Below, piece by piece: positions 40,667 through 54,420 of a stretch of DNA of 64,000 nucleotides. Within the stretch, counting starts at the first letter, position 1. Every line of letters begins with the position of its first letter. The stretch spans positions 13,206,001-13,270,000 of the forward strand of contig OZ024755.1 of the NCBI GenBank assembly GCA_964016885.1. Reading direction: 5' to 3'. The notes beneath the pieces were generated by a model that was not told the DNA's origin, made no database searches, and worked only from the letters and a program-made list of their open reading frames with translations. Source of the DNA: Eledone cirrhosa (lineage: Eukaryota). Both the position numbers and the translations under genes were made by a program.

Positions 40667-41116
40667 GTAACTTTTTATGTTTTTGTGTTTTGTGTTGTGA
40701 GATATAATTGCTATGCAGAAAATCTATGTGCATTTATGGGTTGTAAGTTCACATTCTTCTTGTGATATCAACACAGGAAGTTCAGAGTACAGTATGTGAG
40801 TTATTTAGTTATCATGTATGTTGACAAAGGTGCAGCTGTGTGGCTTTGCAATCATGAGATTCCAGGTTTGGTCCTTTTGCATGGCATCTTAGGCAAGTGT
40901 CATTTACCATAGTTTTAGGTTGATGGGGAGCTGTGTGGAAGCTCATTGGATGGATTGTATTTGTAATTCAAAGATCCAACCTTGTCTGTGATAATTGGGA
41001 TAAACCTTGGGCCAATGGACTTTAATTTTTGCGACATTTGTTTTTCATTTCAAAACCATAAAATCCATGTTTCAATATAGTAAAATAAGTTTTCCATTTC
41101 TTTTACTTTCATCAAG

Positions 41117-41368
41117 GAACATCTACGACGGCATACAGGAGAAACTCCTTTTGAATGCAAAGACTGTCCTCAAAAATTCAAAACCCGTAATACATATAAA
41201 AGACATTTGAAAACACGACATGGGAAATTGCTTACTGCAACAGGCATTCATGTGTTATCCAAAGAAGAGTTTATGAAGGTGAGGACCAAGCCATACAAAA
41301 AATATCAGTGTGGAAAAGACACAGAAGCAGTTGTAGAACATGAAAATCCTGAATCCAATGAATCATGA
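41117..41368 (+). CDS. C2H2 zinc-finger protein, exon 9 (finger 4, stop)
   Basis: EHLRRHTGETPFECKDCPQKFKTRNTYKRHLKTRH...SNES-TGA; AAG acceptor; total CDS 2043 nt = 680 aa. Confidence 0.93.
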   Translation, partial: EHLRRHTGETPFECKDCPQKFKTRNTYKRHLKTRHGKLLTATGIHVLSKEEFMKVRTKPYKKYQCGKDTEAVVEHENPESNES

Positions 41369-42774
41369 TAAGTTGGTCCTTACCTGAAATCTTTGCCATA
41401 CAGTTGCTTGGCAGTTTTTTTTTTACCAACATCTACTATGGTAGTTAATTCAAGACAAAATCATATTTTACTAGACTACAAACCATATCAGTAGGTACAT
41501 CATCAATAACAAAGATATAATCATCTGTAGATGTGTATTGGCCACAAAACATTTAACTGTATCAGTTTACATTATAGGAAAAATGGCCTATGTCAGCTAT
41601 AGTTCTATGAGATACACAAAATCTGTTGTATGGTTATTGAATATCTGAATTAACTGGATCTTGTTTACTTGGTTCTCATGTGGAATCTATTTGAAATATT
41701 GTGTCTCTAATTGTGAATTAATTCAGAGAAAATGTGAAACACTGGGAAATTTATAATTATGTGAAGAGAAAAAAAAACTATCTTACTTCATGGTTGAGTG
41801 GTTATCAATTTGAGAAATAAATAGATTTGCAGAATATTTTGAACCCAATACCATGGAAATAATATATACCAGTATGACACAAATTTTCCAGCACCTTCGA
41901 TTCCAGACCTGTGCTGAATTATCTGTTTTGCTGGATTAACAAAGATTGCATAATAGTAATTCGGGGTAAATTCTGAAGAGAATGCCAACACGTTATTAAT
42001 AATTGTTTTCGCTATGACACTTTTACAACATATCCACTGTCCTTGGACACCCATAACTAGAGCTAAATGTAAGTAAAATAGGATAAGAATTTCCCTAATT
42101 TACCAGAACTGCAGCAGCTACCAATATCTAAATGTTTAGGTTAATGCAAATGACACACAGTGCCACCTGGGGCCATCATGTAAACCACTCTGGTGGGACA
42201 CAAGAAATTAATTATGTCCATGTTAATATAGGTGTCGGACCATCCATTGCTGGAAGATCTGTGTTGTACCTGTATAAAATAATGGAGATGAGGACTAAAA
42301 GAGAACATATTCAGTTATAATACATGCAAAAATTGAATGTAGATCAAACTTATCTTCCATCTGAAAAATGTTTGCAAAACATATAGTGCCTATAAATAAA
42401 TGAAGAAAGCAACCAGTTGAAATACTAGTGGATAGAAATATCACTGAATGATTGCATCGCATTTGTTTGGTTCACATTTAGAACCTACATATAACTTAGT
42501 GCCTGTAAATATCTGAAGAAAACAGCCCAATGGAATAACTGTTAGAATATCTGGCAGTACCATCTCCTCCCCAATGGTGCTTCACTCCCTAATTCGGCAG
42601 ACAATCCATAGCATTTATTTTATTTTTCGATGAATACTTCATATCTAAATACAACCAAATAGTGACTTGTTCTTAAGAAAGACTATTTCTCACATCCAGA
42701 TATTTTATCTATTTTAATAGCTATATCTTCATCATTTCTATGTAATCATATATGTGTGCATATGTATGTGTGTG

Positions 42775-42821
<47 letters not shown>

Positions 42822-43478
42822 CTATATATATATACATATATGTGTATGAGTATATATTTAAGTGGTTTTATATCAGAAGTGCTGTTTTTTCTGATGATGA
42901 TGGAAAAATAAACCATCTTAGCTGTGTGTGATCTGGGGTAAAGTGCAGCAATTCACCCATTCTTGGGCATGGTACAATACTTCAATCGAATCTAGATCAG
43001 AGAACCTAAGATTCTTGTACTATTTCATATGTTTGTGTATTATTGTAATGTATATATATATGCTTGTTTTATAGGTTTATGTATTTACATGCATTCAACA
43101 TGTATTGAATAAAGGACTCAATATTGCTTCAAAAGTCAAAATAATATTTATCATTAATAGAGACTGTTTACTTCAAAGTTTTGTTACTACACAGTTTTGA
43201 GAAGCCAGTATCAGCAAAACTTCAAAGTAAACAGTTAGTATTGATAATAAATATTATATATGTATGTATATGTTATTGAGGGAATGGAATGTACAATTCC
43301 TCAGTCACTGATAAATTTCATTTCAGTTCCATATTATCAGATTGTTAATGACAAATTGTATTTTCAATTCTCTCTATACAAATACATACTCTTCTTATAT
43401 ATTGAGTTCTCTTTCTTATAAAGAAACCCTTTACTAGTATTATATGTATGTATATTCACACAGATAGATGTGTGTATG

Positions 43479-43515
<37 letters not shown>

Positions 43516-44328
43516 GGAAAGTGTTACACATTTGTGCAGTAGGCAAGACATAAGTGATTTGAATCTCAATAGTTTTTTTTTCATTCTTCAATTATTGTAA
43601 TCTATAAAGTTTGATAGCTGTCTATATAAAGTATTATTTGCTATTAATCTATATCATTATCATTTAACAAATGTTAAATGATGATTATGCTATTATAGAT
43701 TAATATTATATATATATGTCTTATTAGTTTAAGCAAACTATTTCTGCTTTCACCCTAAAGCGGGATCATCTGAAACTTTTATGCATACAACCCTTATATC
43801 GAATCATCTGGATTTTGGTTTTTGTATTTATTATTACTACTATATATATAAACAATCTATTTAGAACTGTTGAGTGATAGGAAGTTTATTGAATTTGAAC
43901 ACATCAACATTGTTTGACTATGAAAAATAGTCTAGTATATAAACTCTGGAGATGGAAAAAATTTGGGCAGTACTGTACAAATGTTTTCTGTCTTCAGGGT
44001 TTATATGTCCAACTTAGACTATTTTTCATAGTCAAACAACGTTGATGCATCTAACTTTTAAATTCAATGAACATGTGTGTGTGTTTATATATACATGTAT
44101 GTATATGTATAAGTGACAGTTACTTGTATTGCAAGTAACTGTCACTTTGTTATATCGAGTATATCATTTCACTCTATTCAATGTATAGAGATCTACTATC
44201 TGAGAATGTTCCCAATGTGTATAATATATACTTGTCTATGTCTTACAGCAACTACATTATGATATATATATTTGTAATTTATCTAATTTTTATATTCACA
44301 AACATTCACACATTCTCTCTTTATCTTT

Positions 44329-44379
<51 letters not shown>

Positions 44380-46894
44380 CCATTTTCTTAAAGTCTTTTT
44401 GGCCATATACTAAACACATGCTCTAAAATATTTTACTCCATTGTTTTCCATTGTTAATAGTATGAAAAGTCTTTGTCATTCAGCCTTAGTCTTGTTTAGA
44501 ATCACCCAGTTTAACACTACCACCTGTCTCTTGGTTACCTTTAGCAGAGACCACTCTCTTGCAACTATACAAACCAGGTCTCCAGTTTGGGGAGCTTTAT
44601 ATAGGCAAAACAGGCATGGCTTTATGGTTAAGTATTTTGCTTCACAGCCACATATTTTGGGGTTCGGTTCCTCTGTGTGGCACCTTGGACAAGTATCTAC
44701 TATAGGCTTGGGTTTACCAATGCCTTGTGAGTGAAATTTGGTAAACAGAATTGTGTGGAAGTCTGTTGTGTATCTGTGTTTATCGAGTACTTGTTTTGGT
44801 ACCACCATCCGTAATTCACTGAATCGCATACACTATATATATATATATATACACACACACACTTATATGTATGTGTGTCTGTGTCTATGTTTACTGTTTA
44901 TGTCCCATAAATTAGCAGTTTGATAAAAAAGATTGGTAAAATAAGCACCACACTTGAACAAAATAAGTACTAGGGTCAATATGATCGACCTAATCCCATC
45001 AAGTCAATGCCCCAGCATTGTTGCAGTCCAATGACTAAAAGAAGTAAGATGAATAATAGAATATTTTCTAGATAACATTGCTTCTAATTTATCCCAACTA
45101 CTGAGTGAAACTTTGACACTTTGCACAATGATATATAATCCAAAGCTGCTGCACAGCTAAAGTTTGATGTGTGCAGTGCATACAATGTTTGTATGTAGGC
45201 TAGAGGGAACATTTCTTTTATAGTATCAATAGATTGGGGTTTGATGACGATAAATTCTTTGATAGTATCATCTTTAAAAAGGGCCAGAGTGAATTTTATA
45301 GTGCATGTGTTGAATGTATGGACAATATGAGTCTACTAAGATACATTTAAATCAAATAACTTGCCAAATACATATACAAAAAAGAAGGTTATGTGCACAT
45401 ATATATTTGCTCTGTATTGTGCATGTGTGTAAAAATACTCATAATAATGCACTTTTCTCAAATCATAAAATGTATTTTTATAAAAATCTGTGAAGATTCT
45501 TTCACTAAAATTATATTATTGAAAATAGATTTTAAATAATCTTTCCATACCATAAAGAAAAAGCCTAGGAATCAATGCTTTTTGTATATTCATACTTACA
45601 AGAGAAACTATATTTTTAATCATCTGTATGGTAACTCATCATGATAATGTCCAAGTTTGACACCACCTTAATCTTGGTCATCTTTGGGCTATGATTCATT
45701 TCTTCCTCAGAGTTCAATATTATTGATCAATTGTAAATTTGATTTCAGTTCATCTGATTGGTCGCACATTTAACTATCACTCCAGTTTGACTCTGCTAAA
45801 CTTCAATTGAGCTAACATGTGTATTTTTGATAAATATATTATATTATTTATCGTTGTTGGCTCAACCTAAAGTAAGCAAACTGCTGTTTTATGAAAGGTA
45901 GAAATAGTAATCATCCAGCTGACCAATGAGAAGAGTTTTTGTTAAGTCAGTGACAATATTTCTCAAGCCTGAAGGATGACCTCTTTAAAAACCTTAATAA
46001 CGAAGTCTTTATTATGTTCTGTTACCTAATGATTAAAGAGTTTTGATATTAATTTTGGTCTTTTGTGTTTTCTCTTCATTGTACAAATTCAGGTATAGCT
46101 GAGTGGTTAAAAAGTTCACATTACACAATCTTGAGGTCTCAGGTTTGATCCCACTGTGGAGCATCTTGGGCAAATGTCTTTACCATAATCTTGGGTTAAC
46201 TCAAGCCTTGACGGTGAAATTGGATAGATGAAAACTATGTACTGGGTGCATTTTATTGTATCACTAGGGAGGGTTTTATGTTGACACAACTGAAGAGTCA
46301 TCTCAACCTTTTGTTTGGCATGGGTTCTACAGCTAGATCCCCTTTCTATCACCAACCACTTTATCGAATGTACTGGGTGTATTTTGTGGAACTAGTCTAG
46401 GGAGGTTTTCATGTCCTTCACACAACTCTTTCTTTGGCATTGTTTCATTATATTATATAATGAATTGGCAGTATCGGTAGAGGGTTGGATGCCATGCTTT
46501 CTAGCATAGTTACGTCCCTTTATGGTCTGAGTTCAAATCCCGCCGAGGTTAACTGCCTTTCATCCTTACGGGGGAGTCAATAAAATAAAGTACTAGTAAT
46601 TGCTGGCCTTGTGCCAAAAGTAGAAACAATTATATATATATACATGTGTACCAAAACGAATCATCTCATTTTAGTTACAATTATTACAAATGCTCAATAT
46701 AAATAACTTTATAAAAATTTATAAAATAAGAATAAAACTTTATATTCAGACATGTATCATACAAGTTACTGCATGATTATATGGTCATTTGTTTCAAAAA
46801 TATATTCTTTTTGATACACCCTGTATACAAGTAATATCATCATGATATAGTGCTAAAGTGTTTGTTTTTCCATGCTAATCATTTTTATATACTA

Positions 46895-47320
46895 GGTTAC
46901 ATAAAGTTAATGAGTTATTACACCAGGTTATGAAAGTTAGAGAAAAAGTTGTAGCACAATTGATTAGTAACAGAATTACTCTGGCTGAAATGCAGTTTGG
47001 CTTTATGCCAGGAAGATATATAACTGATGTCATCTATCTAGTTAGACAACTGCAGAAGAAATACTTAGGTAGTAGTAAACCAGCATAGTTAGTATTTGTT
47101 GATGTGGAGAAGACTTTTGGCAGAGTTCCATATTCTGTAATCTGGTGGTTGTTAAGGAAGCTGATGATAGATGAATGGTTTGTGAGGGCTGTAGAAACCA
47201 TGTACAGAAGAGATGTCAGCAAGGTGACAGCAAGTTCAGAGAGGAATGTATTATAAAAGTAGATGTCCATTAATGCTCAGTTCTGAGCCCCCCCCCCCCC
47301 CCCCCTATTATACTCCTCAA
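46895..47320 (+). mobile_element. Decayed RTE/BovB-type LINE reverse transcriptase fragment
   Basis: MQFGFMPGRYITDVIYLVRQLQKKY...FVDVEKTFGRVPYSVIWWLLRK...VRAVETMY, with an internal stop. Confidence 0.85.
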
Positions 47321-48827
47321 CTGAGAAATCTAACCCTGTTGATACCAACCCACCAAATACCACCACTATTCTACAATGACAAACTTCTTGTTTTAAAGTA
47401 TTCCTGTTTAAATAAAAAATAATGTTATGGAAGAATATCTTTGTTAAGCTATGTACTAGTTCCAACTTATTGATATGGTTAGTTATTTTACAAAAACTCT
47501 TTGAATTGGTGATTATTTGCAAAATTAATTGTAAAATATAGGTGGTGTATTTATTAAAAATATACTAAAGAATGGGTTAAGACCAGTTGGCCATGGGAAT
47601 TCCTGTATTCTGATGACTGCTCCTCATCACTGAATCTATAGATGACTAACAAGATATTTCACATCATTGTCATCATCATTTTCAGATCCACTTTTTCCAT
47701 GTTGGCATGTATTGGACAGGTTATTTTGAGACAGTGTTTTACAGCTGGATGCCCTTTCCAATACCAGCCATTTTAGTTGCCTCTTACAACATTCAAGGAT
47801 ACAGTGTACCTATTCTAAAAACCTGGACACACACATATGAAGGTTAGCTGAAAAATTCATAGGCTGACTATGAAGGAGTGGTGCTAGGGCTGTGAAATCT
47901 TGCATTCACTAATTTCAACTCTTATTAATAACTGCACAACTGCATTGTTTTTTCCTGAGACTATGTGGAAAAATAAACCTCATTTGGTCATTCCATGAGA
48001 GTATTTTGGTCAGCCTATGAACTTTTCAGCAACTCTCATATATGTAAAAAAAAAACCCTAGAATCTAGAAGCCTTAAAAGTAAACATACTTTTGTGGGGA
48101 AATATGTGACTTATACATGAGTATGTACAATATTTGTCTGCAAGTTCAGCCTTCACTGTTTCAAATGAAATCACTTGTCAAACAAGTATATCACTGATAT
48201 AATACTTTCTAATTTAGGCATAAGGCCAATCATTTAAGAAGGGAAAATTGATTCAATTGACCTCGATATTTGATGGACTTTATCAACCCCCAGATAGATG
48301 AAAGGCAAAGTTGAACTCAGAACATAAAGAACTGCAATGAATACAGCAAAGTATTTTGTCTGATGCTGTAATAATTCTGTCAATCCAGCATTCTCTGAAA
48401 TAATTGTTTCTACTTTTGACACACGGCCAGCAATTACCCCCAGTGCATTACTGATGCTCTTATTTGTATCGACCCCGTAAGGATGCAAAGCTAACCTCGG
48501 CGGGATTTGAACTCAGAACGTAAAGGGCCATAACTCTATGCTGCAAAGCATTGTGTCTGACACTCTACCGATACTGCCAATCTGCTGTGTTCAAGGCCAG
48601 CAGTTTTGGGGGAAAGTTGGAGGAAAATTGATAATATTGATAATATTTGACTAGTACTTTATTTTTTCGACCCTCTCATTCCACCAAAAAAAAAAAGATA
48701 AACAGCAAAGTTGACCTCAGGAGGGTTTGAATTCAGATCATGAATTGGACTAAATATAACAACCTATTTTGTCTGGTAACAATTCTGTCAATCGCCCACC
48801 TTCACCCATTGAAGTAACAAAATATGC

Positions 48828-49006
48828 TGTATATACTCGAATATAAGTCGACCCCACAATTTTATGTCTGAGAAATGGGCGAAAATCTAAACCTTATCTA
48901 CATAGAATTTGATGTTGGTGAAAATTGTCAAAATATTAACCCCGAATCAGTTCTACCATCAGTTTTTTGGTCATATATTCCTTGGCTTATATTTGAGTAT
49001 ATACAG
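48828..49006. mobile_element. Tc2/pogo-type MITE
   Basis: TIRs CTGTATATACTCGAATATAAGTC / GGCTTATATTTGAGTATATACAG. Confidence 0.7.
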
Positions 49007-50584
49007 TAATTGTTAAAAAATTGAAGTTACTTACATTATTTTGGCTTCAAAATCATTAATCCTTTTTAGGAAAAAAAGAATATATATATTTATAAATATT
49101 GTTGTCTGAATGTAGGGCTGTAATCACTAAGGAAAGTAAGATCAGTTTGCTTCTGGAAACTCCGAGTACCTAGGAAAGTATATGCCAGTTTGCCATGTAT
49201 ATTATATAATATAGTATATTGATGATGAATATATATATATATAATTCCATTTGTTGAAGAAAGCTGTATTTGTATTTACATAAATGTTATTACTCCATTG
49301 TACAACAGTTAGACAAATAGTAGAAAATTAATATCCAGCAACTGTAGTTTCCTCTAACTCTGTACCATAGTGTGGCTGTTTATATTTACACATTGTTTCA
49401 TGATAAAACACCTGAGAGGACGTTGGACGCTGTAAATAGTTGTTTGATCATGATGTATTTGTAGAGGTGAATAAGTAAACATATATGTATATATATGTGT
49501 GTGTGTGTGTGTGCATATATATATGTGTGTGTGTGTATTATATATATAGATATAATTAGAGTGGATTATTTTTGGTAAGGTCCGTTAAGTTCAATGTGTT
49601 ATTAGAGTCAACAGCATGTAGAAATCTAAGTCAGATCAAAGGTATACCTCAATGGGTTAGAAAATTTGTAGTTGCAGTGAAAGCCACAGAGCTTAATACA
49701 ACATTTTGTATTAAGTATATATATATATATATTACTTTGAAGTAATATTCTGTTGTAGATGAACAGGGTTAGATTTCGATATACACTGAAGAATCTGTGG
49801 TGGGGGGTGAAGATATTTATAGTTTGTTCAACATTTGTGATGATTTTAACCCTTTCGTGACCTTATTTCAATTAATTAGTGAAGAATTTTGTGGGATTTA
49901 ATGAAATCATTAATTATCTCATTACTAAGATAGTAACTTAATAAATGGCTCTTATATAAAGTTATGCTGGAAGATTTTAATTTAGAATGGTTGATTTTAT
50001 TTCATAGAACCAGAGCTAGTTTTGGTTAGGTTAGTATCAAAAGGTTTAAATATTGTTCATTCCTGAAGTACTGTTTATGTAGGTGAACAGGATTAGATTT
50101 GGATTCATGCTGGAAAATCTGTGGTATGGTGTATATGGTTACATTTTGATTAACTTTATATAATATTTAATGTAAATGAACATGTTTAGATATTAATCAA
50201 TATTTAAATATTGTCATGTGGGTGAACATGGTTAGATTTTGTTTAACACTGGAAAATATGTTGGTGAACATGTTTAAATGTTGTTCAGAGCTGAAGTATT
50301 ATGTAGTAAGTCAGCAGGGTTAAATTTTAGTTTATACTGGAAAGTCTGTGGTGTGATGAACATTGTAATATGTTGTTCAATACTAAAGTGCTGTTTATTT
50401 TTAGGTGAACATGGTTAGATTTTGGTTAACACTAAAGTGTCTGTGATGTAAATATTATTTGACAGGCATGGAAGTATTTGGGATGTTATTGAATATTATT
50501 ATAGTTTCATGTGGTTAAAATATTTGCAGATCTAGTGAACAGAGTTAGATGTCATTTGATGAGGAAGTAACCCAGACAGAAGTA

Positions 50585-50920
50585 TCTGTAGTGTTGGTAA
50601 ACATGGTGAGATACTGTTTAACAGTGAACATTCTGTGGTTGGTGAACATGGTGAGATACTGTTTAACACTGATCATCCTGTGGTGTTGGTAAACATGGTG
50701 AGATACTGTTTTACAGTGAACATTCTGTGGTTGGTGAACACAATGAGATACTGTTTAACAGTGAACATCCTGTGGAGTTGGTGAACATAAATGAATACAG
50801 TTTATCAGTGAACATCCTGTGGTATTGGTAAACATGGTTAAACATCGTTTAACACTGAAGTATCTATTAAACACTGTTCAATAGTGAAGTATTGTTTGCT
50901 GTAGCTGAACATGGTTAAAT
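50585..50920. repeat. 47-49 bp minisatellite with decayed copies upstream to about 49740
   Basis: Unit ttggtaaacatggtgagatactgtttaacagtgaacattctgtgg. Confidence 0.9.
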
Positions 50921-51286
50921 ATTCTTTCACACAAAAGAAGCTGTGTTGTTTGCAAACATGTTAAAAGGTTATTGATCAAACTACAATCAATCGATTCCAG
51001 AAATACACAATACCACACAACACTACACACACATACTGAAACTAAGCACACACATATTCACACAAATGCTACTTTTAATACACCTAATCTATGTTTGGCT
51101 GAGAGATCCACATGATTACGATGCATATATGCATGAATATGTGTGTAAGTGTGTGTGTGTCCATATTTCTATGGACGGACACACACACAGACACAGAAAT
51201 ATATATATATATATAGGCACACACACACACATATATATAACTTGCTAGTAGAGAAAGTAGACATTAAAACAAGGATGATGATGATG

Positions 51287-51329
<43 letters not shown>

Positions 51330-51337
<8 letters not shown>

Positions 51338-51632
51338 TGTTTCCTTGAGCAAGACACTTTATTTCACATTGCTGCAGTTTACTCAGCTGTAGAAATGAGA
51401 TGATACGACTGGGGTCCCTATCATTCCACTGTAAAGTGGTCGTGGAGGTGCCACAGCAAAAAAGCACCCAGCCCACACTGTAAAGTGGACGTGTAGGCAC
51501 CACGGAAAAAAAGCACCCAACACTCACTGTAAATGAGGTTGGTGTTAGGAAGGGCATCCAGCTGTAGAAATCAAGCCAGAATCAGTTCCCGTCCTACCCT
51601 TGCAAGCAGGGAAAAGCGGACGTAAAATGAAT
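51330..51632 (+). mobile_element. Second SINE family (CORE-like ccttgagcaagacact segment, internal ~45-bp repeats, (ATG)n tail)
   Basis: Near-identical copies at about 2180-2492 (+), 13052-13365 (-), 35525-35800 (-), 53190-53450 (+) and 55775-55988 (-). Confidence 0.85.
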
Positions 51633-51811
51633 GAAATGAAATAAATATATATATATATATATATGATGATGATGATGATATAGATATTTTTTTTTTTTTT
51701 TTTTTTTTTATATATAACAGTGACATGTAAGGCACTTGCATTTCGTTGGGTTATGCACCATGCACTCCAACTCATTCAGCCTGTTATAAAAACCAAAGAT
51801 GTTACTTTATA

Positions 51812-51861
51812 ACAGGCTGAATGAATTGGGGTGCATAACCCAATGAAACTTAAGTACCTGT
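51812..51861 (+). ncRNA. Type I hammerhead ribozyme motif (one extra base in core)
   Basis: ACAGG-CTGAATGA-ATTGGG(gtgcataa)CCCAAT-GAAAC(ttaa)GTA-CCTGT: stems I, II and III all pair; predicted cleavage after GUA at 51856. Confidence 0.75.
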
Positions 51862-51889
51862 ATATATCACTGTTGTAACTAATTATACT

Positions 51890-52418
51890 TAATAATAATA
51901 ATGAAATTATTGTGTAAAGTGCTCAGGTGCACTACAACTCGTCAAGAAAGTACATAGAATAATACACAAATGTCAGGGAAGTACATGTGTGTATGTGTTA
52001 GCTGTAGTGTTGGCGGATCTCGGGAAGCATGGAGGCCTTAAAGGATGCAGTGTCTCGACAGCTAACAACTGATGCAGGTAGTTTGTTCCATGCTTCAGCA
52101 ACTCTGAGCGTGAAAAAATGTTTCCGAAAGTCATGGGAACTGTGCTGTTTTCTTACTTTGTGGGCATGTCCACGTGTGTTAGACACATGGAAATCGAAAA
52201 GGCACTCAGGGTTGTTGTTGGCAACATGGTTAACAATTTTGTGGGTGTTTACCAAGTCAGTTGCCAGACGTCGGAGCTTCAATGAATCCATGCCCAGGGA
52301 AGCAAGGCGCTCAGAGTATGGTAGATGCCTGATGGAGGGTATTCGCTTGGTTGCACGTCTCTGAACAGTTTCCAGGCGGTCAATGTCCTGAGCAAGATAG
52401 GGGTTCCAGACTGGTGAT
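51890..52418 (-). mobile_element. 5'-truncated CR1/L2-type LINE (RT C-terminus plus 3' UTR)
   Basis: SPVWNPYLAQDIDRLETVQRRATKRIP...YSERLASLGMDSLKLRR...TRGH...FFTLRVAEAWNKLP; (ATT)n tail. Confidence 0.9.
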
Positions 52419-52478
52419 GGACTGAGTGCTCTTACCCTTGGATATTTCTACCAAAGTTTTACTATATATATATATATA

Positions 52479-52527
<49 letters not shown>

Positions 52528-52715
52528 CATTTAATGCCTATCTTTCCGTGCTTGCATGGGTTAGACAAATACAATATCACTCAATATGTTATGTAAAATA
52601 TTTGTTTGTATAGCAAAGAAGTCAATGATTTTACTCAGAATCTCCTAGGAATGCAATCCCCCCTCCCTCATCACCACACATATATATGGCTGAGGAATCT
52701 GTAACACACACACAC

Positions 52716-52747
<32 letters not shown>

Positions 52748-53448
52748 CTCCCTCTACCTTTTCTTGAAATCTTTGAAAAAAGAATTCAATAAAATTTATA
52801 GCTCACACCTTTATGCAGATTTAGCTGGTGGCTTATGAAGTTGCATCTTATAGGAGGTTTCTTAGATGTTTTAATGATAGGGCTCCCAGTCATAACATGA
52901 AAACAATATGAAATGACGTGTCTTTCTCAAGAACCCAGTGCATCGACCAGTCCAGGTATTGAAACCCTGACCTTATAATTGAGTCCAACACCCTAACCAC
53001 TAGGCCACATACCTTCATGTTAGGGTTGAGAAGATTGGCTCATGAGCTGATTCTATGACTGACAATGTCCCTAGTGGTATTGGCATGATAAAACACACAC
53101 AGTGTACTCAGTAAAGTAGTTGCTGTTAGGATCAGCATCCAGTCATAGAAACCATACCAAAAGGGAACAGGCAATCCCAACAAAAACATTTCTCCAGTTT
53201 ACTCAGCTGTAGAAATGAGATGATAGGACTGGGGTCCCTATCATTCCACTGCAAAATGGACATGGAGGTGCCACGGCAAAAAAGCACCCAGCCCACACTG
53301 TAAAGTGGATGTGTAGGCGCCACGGAAAAAAAAAACCCCAGCACTCACTGTAAATGAGGGTGGTGTTAGGAAAGGCATCCAGCTGTAGAAATCAAGCCAG
53401 AATCAGTTCCCGTCCCACCCTTGCAAGCAGGAAAAAGCGGACGTAAAA

Positions 53449-53482
<34 letters not shown>

Positions 53483-54194
53483 CAAAATTTAATATAGAAA
53501 TGGCTTCTACAGGACTAGAACTGTTTCATTCGAAGGATATCATTAGGAAAGCTTTCCTGATTATTTCCTTTGAATGAAACATTTCTAGTCCTGTAGAAGC
53601 CATTTCAATATTAAATTTTGTTGTATACACTCTACTAATGTATTGAGTACCTTACTTACTGTGGTTACCCCCGATTGAATCTGGGACTCACACACACATA
53701 TATATATATAAATAATGTATTGGAGATCAAGTGACGCAACTTCGAGCGATTAGTGGCCTCTAGACTCACCTGATCAATGAAACAATTGTTAATACCTGAA
53801 ATAAAGCCCCTTGTTGTACAGCCAGCCATGTTACTCTTCAATCTTTCACTATATATATATATATATAAACGTTTAATTAACTCAGCCAATATAGAAAGAT
53901 ACCAAAGATGATGTCTGCAGTGTAGGTGTTATAATTTAGCTGATCTATTTATGGTATTATTTATAGTTAGGGTTGTTCCAGACCTTATACTACTACTACT
54001 ACTATATACTACAGCTGTAGTTGCTGTTGTTGTCATGGCTAAGTTATTAAACCCTATGTTGTATTGTCATGGTCTGTTGCCCTACAGCAATCAATGACAG
54101 AGGTTTGCGGCTGAGGATTTCATTTGATTGAGATGTAACAAGGCTGGATGAGATTAATTTTTTACACTACTACAATACTTGTGAGACAAGTTGT

Positions 54195-54420
54195 ACTAGT
54201 AGTAGTAGTAGTAGCAGTAGCAGCAGTAGTCGTAGTAGTAGTGGTGGTGGTGGTAGTGGTTGTGAAAGAGGTGGTAGTAGTAGTACTGGTGATGGTGGCG
54301 GAGGAGGTGGTAGTAGTAGTAGTGGAAGTGGTAGTAGTAGTGGTGGTGGAGGAGGTGGTAGTAGTAGTAGTGGTAGTGGTGGAGCAGGTGGTAGTAGTAC
54401 TAGTAGGAGGAGGGGTAGTG
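54195..54420. repeat. (GTA/GTG)n trinucleotide microsatellite
   Basis: Direct inspection. Confidence 0.95.

Noticed and set aside
42889-42925. CTGATGA followed by a GATGG/CCATC hairpin
   Set aside because: No GAAA follows the hairpin; could be a chance (GAT)n-derived match.
51998-52291. 97-aa ORF as a host gene
   Set aside because: It is the C-terminus of a 5'-truncated CR1-type reverse transcriptase.
53766-53795. Minimal hammerhead CTGATCA-AT-GAAACAATTGTT
   Set aside because: G8 is mutated, stem II is absent and stem I does not pair; too weak to call.
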